A DNA stretch of 64,000 nucleotides from a virus. The notes beneath the pieces are model-generated. The model had not been told where the DNA came from. It searched no databases and worked only from the letters and a program-made list of their open reading frames with translations. Each line of letters opens with the position of its first letter. The first letter of the stretch is position 1. A program made the position numbers and the translations under genes. Location: positions 1 through 64,000 of the IMG/VR virus record IMGVR_UViG_3300046737_000169, one strand, 5' to 3'. Below are positions 56,137 to 64,000 of the stretch, in pieces.

Positions 56137-56899
56137 ACTCGAGACGTACCGTAGATGAAGGTGTAGGCCCGCACGCGGAGCCCGCGCGCGAGCCAACCCC
56201 TCCCCCCGCGCCCGCGAACCGGGGCCCCCCGCGCGCCTGCCCAAGGGGTGTTGTCGAGGGCATGTGAAGTACAACGTGGGAAGTGGAGCATGTCGACGGC
56301 ATGTGAAGTCCAGCGTAGGAGTCCAGTGTAGGAGGGGTCTCGAGTGAAGCGGAAGATGCGGGTGAGGTGGACGTGTTCGGACTATGAGAAGCACGAGCAC
56401 AGGTGGAAGTGGGTGGCGTGGGTGTGTGGGCGGATGCAGTATTTGTGGAGGGTATTTGCGGCCGGCGCACCGCCTGGCCTGAGTTAGTTCCGGATTGTGG
56501 AGGGAGTTTTTGCGGTGTGGTGGAGGGAGTTTTTGCAGAACGGCCAAATTGGCCGATATGGGGTGGGAGAGTGTACTGCTCGGATTTGGAGGGGGATCGA
56601 CAACCGCGGATGATTTTTAATCAACGGGAGTTGATACGGAGCTCGGCCGTGCCGGCCTTGCGGGTAGCTCACGGGGGGAGCTATACCCCCATAAGAGTTT
56701 TGGGTGGGGCCCCGTATTTGAGGGTGGTGGAGGGGTTTTTCCGGATCCGGATCGGGTTGAACGTAGTGTACGGTTACCCCCCCCCTCCGGCCGTTTTTCG
56801 TCTGGCTCAGACGTTGGGGGCGAGGGAATCCCAATGATTTTGACCGTCCGGCGCTTGTTAGGCGGTGCCGGGCCTCACGCTTCGGGAGTTCCGCGGATC

Positions 56900-57271
56900 T
56901 TATTCGCGGCCGCTGGGGTGGATTCCCCAGATAGCTTCGGGGCCCTCTTTACATGCTGGGCCCGTCCCCCTGTTGAGGCTCTCACCGCCAGGGGTTTCTA
57001 TGCGTGGCTTGTCGCTGTAAATCGTACAGGTGTCCGGCTTTCGCTCAGGGCCTGTCGTACTGGCAGCGCTCAGGTTAAAGCTATTGAGGTACTGGCGGCG
57101 CTCGATCAGGCGCTGGCGGGCAAGGGCGCGGTTGACGGCCTCTTTGTTGCCCTGGCAAGCGGAGAACGCGGTCAGGTAGTCGAATTTGGGGTTTTGGGTG
57201 CGGCCCCGGTAGACGAACTTGGTGCCGTCGTTGAGGGGCTTCGGAACTTTACGGGAGGACTTTTTGCTCAT
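56900..57271 (-). CDS. Hypothetical basic protein
   Basis: MSKKSSRKVPKPL..; upstream TTGCAC-18-CATGAT; no SD seen. Confidence 0.35.
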   Translation of the reverse strand: MSKKSSRKVPKPLNDGTKFVYRGRTQNPKFDYLTAFSACQGNKEAVNRALARQRLIERRQYLNSFNLSAASTTGPERKPDTCTIYSDKPRIETPGGESLNRGTGPACKEGPEAIWGIHPSGRE

Positions 57272-57432
57272 AGATCGAGGCCGAACGGTGACCGTCCAGC
57301 CGGGACATTTAAACGTCACAATCATGCTCCTGAAAGCGGTTGCGGTGCAAGCGATTTCTTTTTTTTGCGCAAAGCGGAACAGTTGTGATACGCTGTGGGC
57401 GACGTTACTCATACGTCGATCGGGAACATTTT

Positions 57433-57642
57433 AAACGCACGGGTGCCCCCTATCCTGGGGGCGTTCGTGTTTCTGGGCTCATAAGAGCGGCACGCACACG
57501 CCCTCCAAGATCACTCCTTGGGGGCGTTCGTGTTTTGTGATAAGCTCCTGACTGTCTGTATTGCGGTCTTTCTGTTAGCTGGTATTGGGTAGCGCATACG
57601 CCCCGGAGTTCAAGCCATTTCTCCGGGGCGTACGTGTTTTTT
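57433..57642 (+). repeat. Three tandem hairpins sharing 3' arm GGGGCGT(T/A)CGTGTTT
   Basis: Arms at 57457, 57520 and 57625, each with a complementary 5' arm and U-tract. Confidence 0.65.
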
Positions 57643-57676
57643 GGGTGTAGAGTAAGGGGCTGAAGGAGAACTTTCT

Positions 57677-58219
57677 ATGCCTTTAGTCCATGTATCGGGC
57701 TGGTTACAGGCTTCCGAGCTTGAAGGCGGCCAGATCGACAATACTCTTCCCTCGCGGCCGGCGCGGCCGCCTCGTCCGGACAATTCCTTACCGGATAATC
57801 CCTACTATCCGGACAATTCGCTGCCTGGGTGGATCGGCAAGCCGATCGGGAAGCCTCCGGGGAGGCCGGTGTTGCCGGACAACACGTTGCCGCCGCCTTC
57901 CTCGCCTCCGCATCCGTGGCTGCCGGGCGGGTGGGTGCCGGTCGATCCTGGTTATGGGAAGCCGCCGTTGTGGGGATGGATGCCGGGGCCCGATAACGGG
58001 TTGCCGGCGCCTCCTGTGGGGCCTGGGCAGCCTCCGAGCGGTGGTGGTGGAGGGGGCTCGTGGGTGCCGACCGACCCCGATTATGGGAAGCCGGTGCATC
58101 CCTGTCCTCCGCAGGCCGGGACGAAGCCGGTGCAGCCCATCTGGATCTGGATTCCGGCGCCGCCTCCGGACCTCGCCAAGCCGTTGCCTTCTCCCACGCC
58201 CGAGCCCAAGCTCCGGTAA
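57677..58219 (+). CDS. Pro/Gly/Trp-rich PDNxLP-repeat protein
   Basis: AAGGAG RBS; IDNTLP, PDNSLP x2, PDNTLP, PDNGLP; WVPxDPxYGKP x2. Confidence 0.7.
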   Translation: MPLVHVSGWLQASELEGGQIDNTLPSRPARPPRPDNSLPDNPYYPDNSLPGWIGKPIGKPPGRPVLPDNTLPPPSSPPHPWLPGGWVPVDPGYGKPPLWGWMPGPDNGLPAPPVGPGQPPSGGGGGGSWVPTDPDYGKPVHPCPPQAGTKPVQPIWIWIPAPPPDLAKPLPSPTPEPKLR

Positions 58220-58362
58220 AAGGGTTTGCGGCCGGTCCAAGCCGGGGGTAAGGGTGTACTCGTAGACGCCGGCTTCTTTTCACTGGAGCGCCGCCGGCCG
58301 CAATTCATTCATGGTAGGCTCTACTCCAGATAACGTTCTGTTGGTACTCAAGAGATGAAACG

Positions 58363-58400
58363 CGCCCGCGGGTGAAATCCCACCATCCGCGGGCGTTTTT
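58363..58400 (+). terminator. Rho-independent terminator
   Basis: CGCCCGCGG..CCGCGGGCG followed by T5. Confidence 0.65.
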
Positions 58401-58429
58401 CGCGTGGAAGGCGGGATAATCCAGCCTAT

Positions 58430-58636
58430 ATGAAGGAAACCTTACAAAAAGTCCTCGAAGCTGTTCAGCCTCTTGGCTATAACGTCGAAGCCGACGAGGC
58501 CGAAGGCACGCTTCTGGTGAAAATGCGCTGCGAAAAGGGATCGACCGGCCCGGTGCTCCAAGCGGCCCTGGCGACGGGCGCCATCATCCGGAAAACGCGC
58601 GTCTCGCCCGCCGGCTACCAGCTATTCATCGACTAG
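58430..58636 (+). CDS. Hypothetical protein (possibly leaderless)
   Basis: GATAAT 9 nt upstream of ATG. Confidence 0.55.
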   Translation: MKETLQKVLEAVQPLGYNVEADEAEGTLLVKMRCEKGSTGPVLQAALATGAIIRKTRVSPAGYQLFID

Positions 58637-59075
58637 CTCTCTCTTCTTCCAGGCGCTCTCTGGCATCGCGCGCGGTGGCATTCAGGCGTACCAACTCCGG
58701 GTCCACGCCGCGGGTGAACAGCTTCTCGCCCTCCTGCGCCGCCGAGTAAGAGAATTCCCGATCCCTGATGAGATCGAAGCGGGCGCGGCGCTGCATGAAG
58801 ATCGTGCCGGCGGCGCCGCCGCCGATCGCCTCGATCGCCGCATCGCAGGCCGACTCGAATGCCTCGACCGCCAAGGTAATCTGTCCGTTCATGGGTTCTC
58901 TCTTTTCCAGTTCCTCTAACTTGATGGCGGCGCGCTGGCCGCAGTCGCGGCAGATGCCGAGTGCGCCGATGGACTTGTGGTAGCAGGTCTTCCACTCGCC
59001 GGGCTGGGGTTCGTCATTCATTTCACGGTCCTCCCTGCGCCATTCCTCGAGACGTTTGGCGAGCGGGTAGCTCAT
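58626..59075 (-). CDS. Hypothetical protein
   Basis: Coupled minus-strand operon. Confidence 0.55.
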   Translation of the reverse strand: MSYPLAKRLEEWRREDREMNDEPQPGEWKTCYHKSIGALGICRDCGQRAAIKLEELEKREPMNGQITLAVEAFESACDAAIEAIGGGAAGTIFMQRRARFDLIRDREFSYSAAQEGEKLFTRGVDPELVRLNATARDARERLEEERASR

Positions 59076-59284
59076 AGCACCTTGTCTTCCTCGCAGAAGG
59101 TGGGATCAGGGGAGGGGGCGCGGTGCATGGCCGCGGGCGCATAGCTGATCTCGCGCACGATCCGCGCCAGGTCGCGCGACTCTACGACCGACAGTTTGAT
59201 GCCGGCCGGCGCGTCGAAGACCAGCTTCCACTCATCGTTCTGTTCGAGGACCGTCGTCACTTTGATGCCGTGAATATCCATCAC
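59072..59284 (-). CDS. Hypothetical protein
   Basis: GGAGG RBS; coupled. Confidence 0.55.
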   Translation of the reverse strand: MMDIHGIKVTTVLEQNDEWKLVFDAPAGIKLSVVESRDLARIVREISYAPAAMHRAPSPDPTFCEEDKVL

Positions 59285-59535
59285 GCCTCCTTGGGAAGTA
59301 GTTCCGGCGCCGGGTCTTTCCCTTTTCGCTCGGCGAGCATCCGGCGCCGCGCGGTCAACCTCGATAGTATGCCGCCGGCGTTACGGAAGGCGTATACCCG
59401 GTAGGGGGCCAGGTGCGAGGCCAGGCCCGCGGCGTGGCACCACGGGCACATAAATTCACCGGTCGCCGGGATGAGCGTCACTTCGCGTAAGCGGCACAGC
59501 GGGCATTCGAGGTCAGTCAAGTGATCGGTAGACAT
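59281..59535 (-). CDS. Zn-ribbon protein
   Basis: CPLC..CPWC. Confidence 0.6.
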   Translation of the reverse strand: MSTDHLTDLECPLCRLREVTLIPATGEFMCPWCHAAGLASHLAPYRVYAFRNAGGILSRLTARRRMLAERKGKDPAPELLPKEA

Positions 59536-59692
59536 CGTGCTCAGAGGGCGGCGGCATCACGTCCCATTTCTCCGTGCCGGGATTCCACAGCATGGGCGCC
59601 TTACAGGTGATGCAGCAGTTGGGCAGGTTCAGCGAGGCAAAGGCGGGCGCGTGTCCGAACACCTTGCAGGCGAGGTTCTTGAGCCACTTCAT
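59513..59692 (-). CDS. Small Cys/His protein (C..FGH type)
   Basis: LACKVFGH..CITC. Confidence 0.55.
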   Translation of the reverse strand: MKWLKNLACKVFGHAPAFASLNLPNCCITCKAPMLWNPGTEKWDVMPPPSEHDVYRSLD

Positions 59693-59940
59693 TTCTTTTT
59701 TATCCACTGCCGCCACTGCATCAGACCGAGATGCTCCATCGTCTTCGACATCGTGCCGTGGCTCGCATTCATGAACTCTTCTTCTGGGATTTCTTTCGCT
59801 TCGTCGATCGAGATGCGCGTGATCTCGAGGCCCCGGTAGGTTCGCGCCGCTTCCGGAAGATTTGGCTTCCTGACGCCGAGCGGGTCGACCTTCTGGGGCG
59901 TGGGATCGGAATGGCGGCAACCGGGGCAATGTTCGCTCAT
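59689..59940 (-). CDS. Hypothetical protein
   Basis: First gene of the minus-strand operon. Confidence 0.45.
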   Translation of the reverse strand: MSEHCPGCRHSDPTPQKVDPLGVRKPNLPEAARTYRGLEITRISIDEAKEIPEEEFMNASHGTMSKTMEHLGLMQWRQWIKKK

Positions 59941-60167
59941 TGGAGTGGGAGCCGGAGACGGGTCTGATGAAAGCGGCTAGTTAGTCAAGGTCCATCCGCT
60001 TCACCGCCCCCGGCCCGGCTTCGATCGTACCATTTTTCTTTGCGCAACGAAATCCTTTTGTTGTAGAGTGAAGAGGTCGCTTCACCTCGACATTGAGGGG
60101 CTGAGCGTGTCGCCAACGCGCTCGCCCCTCATCCCGCGCCGGGAATGGTGAAGGGCGAGAGGTGAAG

Positions 60168-60506
60168 ATGGCGAAACTCAAAGACCGCGAGATGGTGACG
60201 CTCACACTCGACCTGTCCCAGGCGGCCGTGCTCACCGGCATCATCGTGAGCGCGCTCTCGCAGATTGAAACGCTGCTCGCTCCCCTGATGTCGAGTTGCA
60301 AAACCATGTGCGAGGCCCAGCACCACCTGTTCAAGATGGCCGATGCCGTCGAGCAGGCCAGCGAAATCGCGCAGATGCTGCCCGAGTCCGGTCCCACCCG
60401 GATGCTCGAAGAGATCGAGGAGCGCCTGCTCAAGCGCCTCGCCAGCCTCATCCGCCTGACCGAGCACGATCACGCCTCGATCGACGATCTGACGGTGGTG
60501 CATTGA
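60168..60506 (+). CDS. Hypothetical helical protein
   Basis: GAGGTG RBS; upstream TTGCGC-18-TAGAGT. Confidence 0.65.
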   Translation: MAKLKDREMVTLTLDLSQAAVLTGIIVSALSQIETLLAPLMSSCKTMCEAQHHLFKMADAVEQASEIAQMLPESGPTRMLEEIEERLLKRLASLIRLTEHDHASIDDLTVVH

Positions 60507-60730
60507 TGGGACGCTGCCGGATCTGCGGGACCGACCTTGAAAAGGATCTGTTCTCCTACGTGGCGCAAAAGCCGGTGTGTTGTATCTGCACGGCGGCGTA
60601 CGTGGGCGGGGACTTCTCGGAGGCGAAGATCGAGGCGGTGCGGAAGTTTCTGCAACTGGCTCCGGGGGAGTATTTGCCGGCCGAGGCGCTGGCGATGGTG
60701 GCCGGGCGGGTGCTCAGGGGGATGCGGTGA
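60506..60730 (+). CDS. Zn-finger protein
   Basis: CRIC..CCIC; TGATG coupling. Confidence 0.6.
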   Translation: MGRCRICGTDLEKDLFSYVAQKPVCCICTAAYVGGDFSEAKIEAVRKFLQLAPGEYLPAEALAMVAGRVLRGMR

Positions 60731-61185
60731 GTCCCTCGGATCTGGCGTTCCTCAAGGCGCTCGGCATCTCGGAGGGGGAGGTGCAGCCGGCCGCCAGGCA
60801 GTGGAACGACGAGGCGCCGGTGTATGAAACCTGTCCCGAGTGCGGAGGCAAGCGCCACCGCTACCTCGATACGGGGCAAGTGTTCTGCCTCTCCTGCACC
60901 AACCGCAAACAGAGGGAGGAGCGCTACCAGCGGGCGCTCGAGAAGGCGCAGGCGGCGCAGCACGCCATCTATGCCCAGCGCCAGGCTGAAGAAAAACAAA
61001 GGCTGCTCGACCAGGGCCTGGCCTGGATCATCGCCGAGGCGCGGCGCGCCCGCGAGGAGCGCGAAGGCCACGTCCGGTTCCATGAGGAGCGCGACCCCGT
61101 CACCGAGAATAAGTGCCGCGGCTGCGACGCCCCCTGCGGAGCGCACCGCTGGTGCCCGTCCTGCGCCAGGGACAAGTTTCTGTGA
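60727..61185 (+). CDS. Double Zn-finger protein
   Basis: CPEC..CLSC; CRGC..CPSC. Confidence 0.6.
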   Translation: MSPSDLAFLKALGISEGEVQPAARQWNDEAPVYETCPECGGKRHRYLDTGQVFCLSCTNRKQREERYQRALEKAQAAQHAIYAQRQAEEKQRLLDQGLAWIIAEARRAREEREGHVRFHEERDPVTENKCRGCDAPCGAHRWCPSCARDKFL

Positions 61186-61508
61186 GCGTCCGCGACGATG
61201 TCGAAGCGGTCCGGCAGGGGCTGATGCTCCTGGAACTGGCGCCGGTCACCAGCCGGGTGATCAACGGGCTGATCAAGATCGTGGAAGCCAAGAAACAGGA
61301 ACTCGACCATCAGGTGGCGCTGAACACCGAGCTTCAGAAGGCGATCGGTAAGGAGCGTGACTATCGTGCCGACCTGGAGAAAGCTCTCAATGCCGCGCTC
61401 GCCGAATGGCAGAACTACTTCAGCGCCGAGGGCGAGTTTACGGGCGATACCGAACCGGCACTCAACTTCTACCTGGAAATCGAGAAGATCGCGGGGAAGC
61501 ACCTGTGA
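61182..61508 (+). CDS. Coiled-coil protein
   Basis: GTGA coupling. Confidence 0.6.
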   Translation: MSVRDDVEAVRQGLMLLELAPVTSRVINGLIKIVEAKKQELDHQVALNTELQKAIGKERDYRADLEKALNAALAEWQNYFSAEGEFTGDTEPALNFYLEIEKIAGKHL

Positions 61509-61672
61509 TCTTCGGCAAGCAGACCCGGTACTGCCCCAATTGCGGTACACAACTCCACGACACAAAGGTCAGTATGGATCACGTCCAGTCCATGATGTGC
61601 TCCAAGGAGTGCCGGGACCAGTGGTCGATGAAGTACGCCCGTTCGATCCTGGGAAAGGATGATCTTGAATAA
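61505..61672 (+). CDS. Small Zn-finger protein
   Basis: CPNCG..CSKEC. Confidence 0.6.
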   Translation: MIFGKQTRYCPNCGTQLHDTKVSMDHVQSMMCSKECRDQWSMKYARSILGKDDLE

Positions 61673-61997
61673 CACCGGGGCCGACATGCTGTTACTGGAA
61701 TGGCGCGAGCGCTGCGCCGAGAAGGACCGCGAGATCGAGCGGCTCCGCGAGGAGAATCGAGCGCTGGAACTTCAGATGCTTCAGGCATTCCGCTCGGTGC
61801 TCTTCGGCGGCGAGTTGCCGGTGGTCTCCGCTCACGTCACCACCGAGCTCGTCTTGATCGCCAGGGAAGTCAAAGCCAAGACGCGCGAGGCGGTCATCTC
61901 CGGCACGGTCCACTGGATCAGGGAAAACCTGGTCCCATTCGTTCATGATGAGATCATCAACCTTCAATCGGCCACCTCGTCGCCGCGTAAATCGTAG
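61659..61997 (+). CDS. Hypothetical protein
   Basis: Coiled coil; ends the operon. Confidence 0.55.
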   Translation: MILNNTGADMLLLEWRERCAEKDREIERLREENRALELQMLQAFRSVLFGGELPVVSAHVTTELVLIAREVKAKTREAVISGTVHWIRENLVPFVHDEIINLQSATSSPRKS

Positions 61998-62245
61998 ACG
62001 AACAGCGGCGTCAACTCGCCCACATAGGCGCCGAGCGTGTTGAAGTCCAAAAACTCCTCGGCCTCCTCTTCGTCCATGCCGTCGCGTTTGACGAGGATCT
62101 CCACGCACTTTCTGTAGTCGTAGCAGGCGACCGCCTGCCGGCAGGCGCCGGACACGGTGCCGATCAGCGCCTCGTCAAAGCCGTCCGCCATCAGCAACTC
62201 TTCGTTATTCTCGGCCAGGTACTCACGGATTTCTGCGCCAGTCAT
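61964..62245 (-). CDS. Conserved acidic phage protein
   Basis: ADGFDEALIG..YD...VEIL..DGM.EEEA.EF..FN..GAYVGE.TP pattern. Confidence 0.75.
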   Translation of the reverse strand: MTGAEIREYLAENNEELLMADGFDEALIGTVSGACRQAVACYDYRKCVEILVKRDGMDEEEAEEFLDFNTLGAYVGELTPLFVYDLRGDEVAD

Positions 62246-62298
62246 GCTCAAGAGCATAACCCGAGGTGTTACACTTCCCCTCGAAGGAGCCACACGCT

Positions 62299-63030
62299 TT
62301 GAGCCCTGCTTACGATCCCAATCCCCGCTTTGCGAGCGATCCCAACGTTGCCTACGATCCCAATCTCAATCTCGATCCCAACGCCGATCCCAATCTCCCC
62401 TACGATCCGCGAGCCGGCGTGGAGCCGCGCGTGGAGCCGCTCGTCGTCGCGCCCCCCACCGCCGACCAGTTGATCGTGTTCCTGGTGGCCATCCGGCGCA
62501 TTGCGCCGTTGAGCGCGCGGCGCGTCATCGAAATCATCGACGAGTTTTTCCTCCACTACTTCCCCGATGGTGTGCCCGAGCCGGCGCCGCCCGAGCCTCC
62601 CGCGCCCGTGGACGCAACGATCCCGGTCACCTCGCCGGAGATCCTCGCACTGGCGACGGCGCCGAAAGAACTCGTAGCCGCTCCCGCCGCCGGATCGCTC
62701 ACCTTGAATAGCGCCGATATTTCTTACACGTTCGGGACGCTCGCCTACGTCGACGCCGGCGCCAGCGCCATGATCAAGATCATGTGCGGCGCCGTGGCGC
62801 TCACTTATGACTCGCCGGTCACGTTCATTACGGGCGGCGCTTCTTCCTCGGCGACGTTATCCCTGAGCGGCGCCGTGCCGTCCCCGAATCAGCCGCTGAC
62901 GCTGGCCATCTCAGGCGGTGCGCTCACCGGCGGTGATGGCACGCTCTCGGTCATCCTTAATTACACCGAGGAGGCCGGCGCGGCCCTCGATGCGAGATCG
63001 ATTCCCCCGTATAAGTTTGGAGTTGCCTAA
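62299..63030 (+). CDS. Protein with DPN repeats and beta-rich C-terminal domain
   Basis: AAGGAG RBS before TTG; DPN/DPR x6. Confidence 0.65.
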   Translation: MSPAYDPNPRFASDPNVAYDPNLNLDPNADPNLPYDPRAGVEPRVEPLVVAPPTADQLIVFLVAIRRIAPLSARRVIEIIDEFFLHYFPDGVPEPAPPEPPAPVDATIPVTSPEILALATAPKELVAAPAAGSLTLNSADISYTFGTLAYVDAGASAMIKIMCGAVALTYDSPVTFITGGASSSATLSLSGAVPSPNQPLTLAISGGALTGGDGTLSVILNYTEEAGAALDARSIPPYKFGVA

Positions 63031-63230
63031 TGCCTGAAGAAGTTGTTGTCGAAGAACGCGAAGTCCTGCCGCCGCCCACGATCGAGGAGCTTCACGCCTT
63101 TCTCCTCCATGTGCGCGAGGCCGCCTATATCGGCGCGCGCGAGACCGCCCTGCTGATCGATGCCTGGCTCATCAAGTATCCGCTCCCCGAGCCGCCGCCC
63201 GAGGACGAGCCCCAGGCCGAGGCGGCGTAA
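63030..63230 (+). CDS. Small paralogue of the preceding gene's middle domain
   Basis: PPT...L..FL...R..A....R.....ID.....Y.....PE..PE shared. Confidence 0.65.
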   Translation: MPEEVVVEEREVLPPPTIEELHAFLLHVREAAYIGARETALLIDAWLIKYPLPEPPPEDEPQAEAA

Positions 63231-63332
63231 CGATTCCGGCTGGTAAGGTTCCTTCCAGCCGGGCCAACATCAAGGGCGCGGACAGTGTCCGGACGACTTG
63301 TCCGCGCTCGTTGGCTTTATACTCCTTCCTAA

Positions 63333-64000
63333 GTGGCCCGCCCCAATAAACCCGCGCTCCCTGAAAGCCAACTCCGTCTGACGCCGCACGAGCAGGCGCT
63401 CCAGGTAGGCTCCTACAACCGCACCAAATTCATTTACAACGGTCAACTGGTGTGGGAGGCCAACCCCGGAATGCAGGAGAATATTTTCTTCTGGTCAAAT
63501 CCCGAGGGCGTCACCTTCGTCGACCCCGTCACGCACTCGCCTCTCCCTCCCAATAAGAAATTCATCTGCGATGAGATATTGGCGGGCGGCCCCCGCGGCG
63601 GCGGCAAGACCTCGGCCGGCATCGCCTGGGCCGCGGCCTACGTGCATAACCCCAAGTACGTGGGCACGCTCCTGCGCCTCTCGAACGAGGCGATGAAGGA
63701 GACGATTGAAAAAGCCTGGGCCATCTACCGCCTGATGGGCGCGGTGAAGAAGGGCAATCCCACTTCATTCCTCTTTCCCACCGGTGCGATGGTGTACACG
63801 GGTTATTTAAAAGACGAACAGTCGTTTGAGCAATACAGGGGGCACGAGTATCATAGGATCGTCATCGAGGAAGCCGAGCAGATTAAAAGCGAAGCTCTCT
63901 ATGCCGCAATCCTGTCGTCGAATCGCACCACGGTGCCGGGATTGCGCCCGCAGATCCTGTTGACGGCCAATCCCGATGGACCCGGCGCCTCGTGGCTCAA
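63333..64000 (+). CDS. terL: Terminase large subunit, N-terminal ATPase (partial)
   Basis: Walker A GGPRGGGKT, YRGHEY, Walker B RIVIEEAEQ, coupling motif TANP; open to the window end; TATACT 9 nt upstream of GTG. Confidence 0.9.
   Translation, partial: MARPNKPALPESQLRLTPHEQALQVGSYNRTKFIYNGQLVWEANPGMQENIFFWSNPEGVTFVDPVTHSPLPPNKKFICDEILAGGPRGGGKTSAGIAWAAAYVHNPKYVGTLLRLSNEAMKETIEKAWAIYRLMGAVKKGNPTSFLFPTGAMVYTGYLKDEQSFEQYRGHEYHRIVIEEAEQIKSEALYAAILSSNRTTVPGLRPQILLTANPDGPGASWL

Noticed and set aside
56834-57388. Plus-strand 184-aa ORF
   Set aside because: Reads as an antisense shadow of 56900-57271; no RBS
58361-58400. tRNA-like GGTGAAATCC loop
   Set aside because: No cloverleaf or acceptor stem; fits a terminator

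Overview
This window is a GC-rich (roughly 65% by eye) dsDNA tailed-phage genome segment, podovirus-like and probably temperate. The host is inferred to be a PEP-CTERM-using bacterium such as Acidobacteriota. Layout: (1) 1-28.9 kb, + strand virion module: tail nozzle, beta-helix tail fibre, ejection proteins, a 3546-aa polyvalent protein, head-spike base and a collagen fibre. (2) 29-38.6 kb, + strand recombination/replication module: SSAP-like, SMC-like ATPase, ParB, RusA, a Tad1-like anti-defence sponge and a replication initiator with internal ori. (3) 38.6-44.6 kb: tyrosine recombinase, divergent switch, PEP-CTERM moron and an MBL hydrolase. (4) 44.6-55.1 kb, - strand early/host-takeover array of about 30 small genes. 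(5) 55.3-64 kb: TerS-like gene, non-coding region, small genes and the start of TerL. Best leads: three +1-frame genes nested inside the polyvalent gene, each directly behind an enzymatic domain, plus an embedded parS-like site; a 59-aa early gene missed by the ORF track that is about 70% identical to an internal QxxLF-bearing segment of the polyvalent protein; seven copies of a two-hairpin intergenic element separating early gene cassettes; a polar CAGCCGCC octamer cluster; twin ECF-type promoters; and an anti-SD pseudoknot leader on the rep gene. All family assignments come from motif recognition by eye, not database searches.
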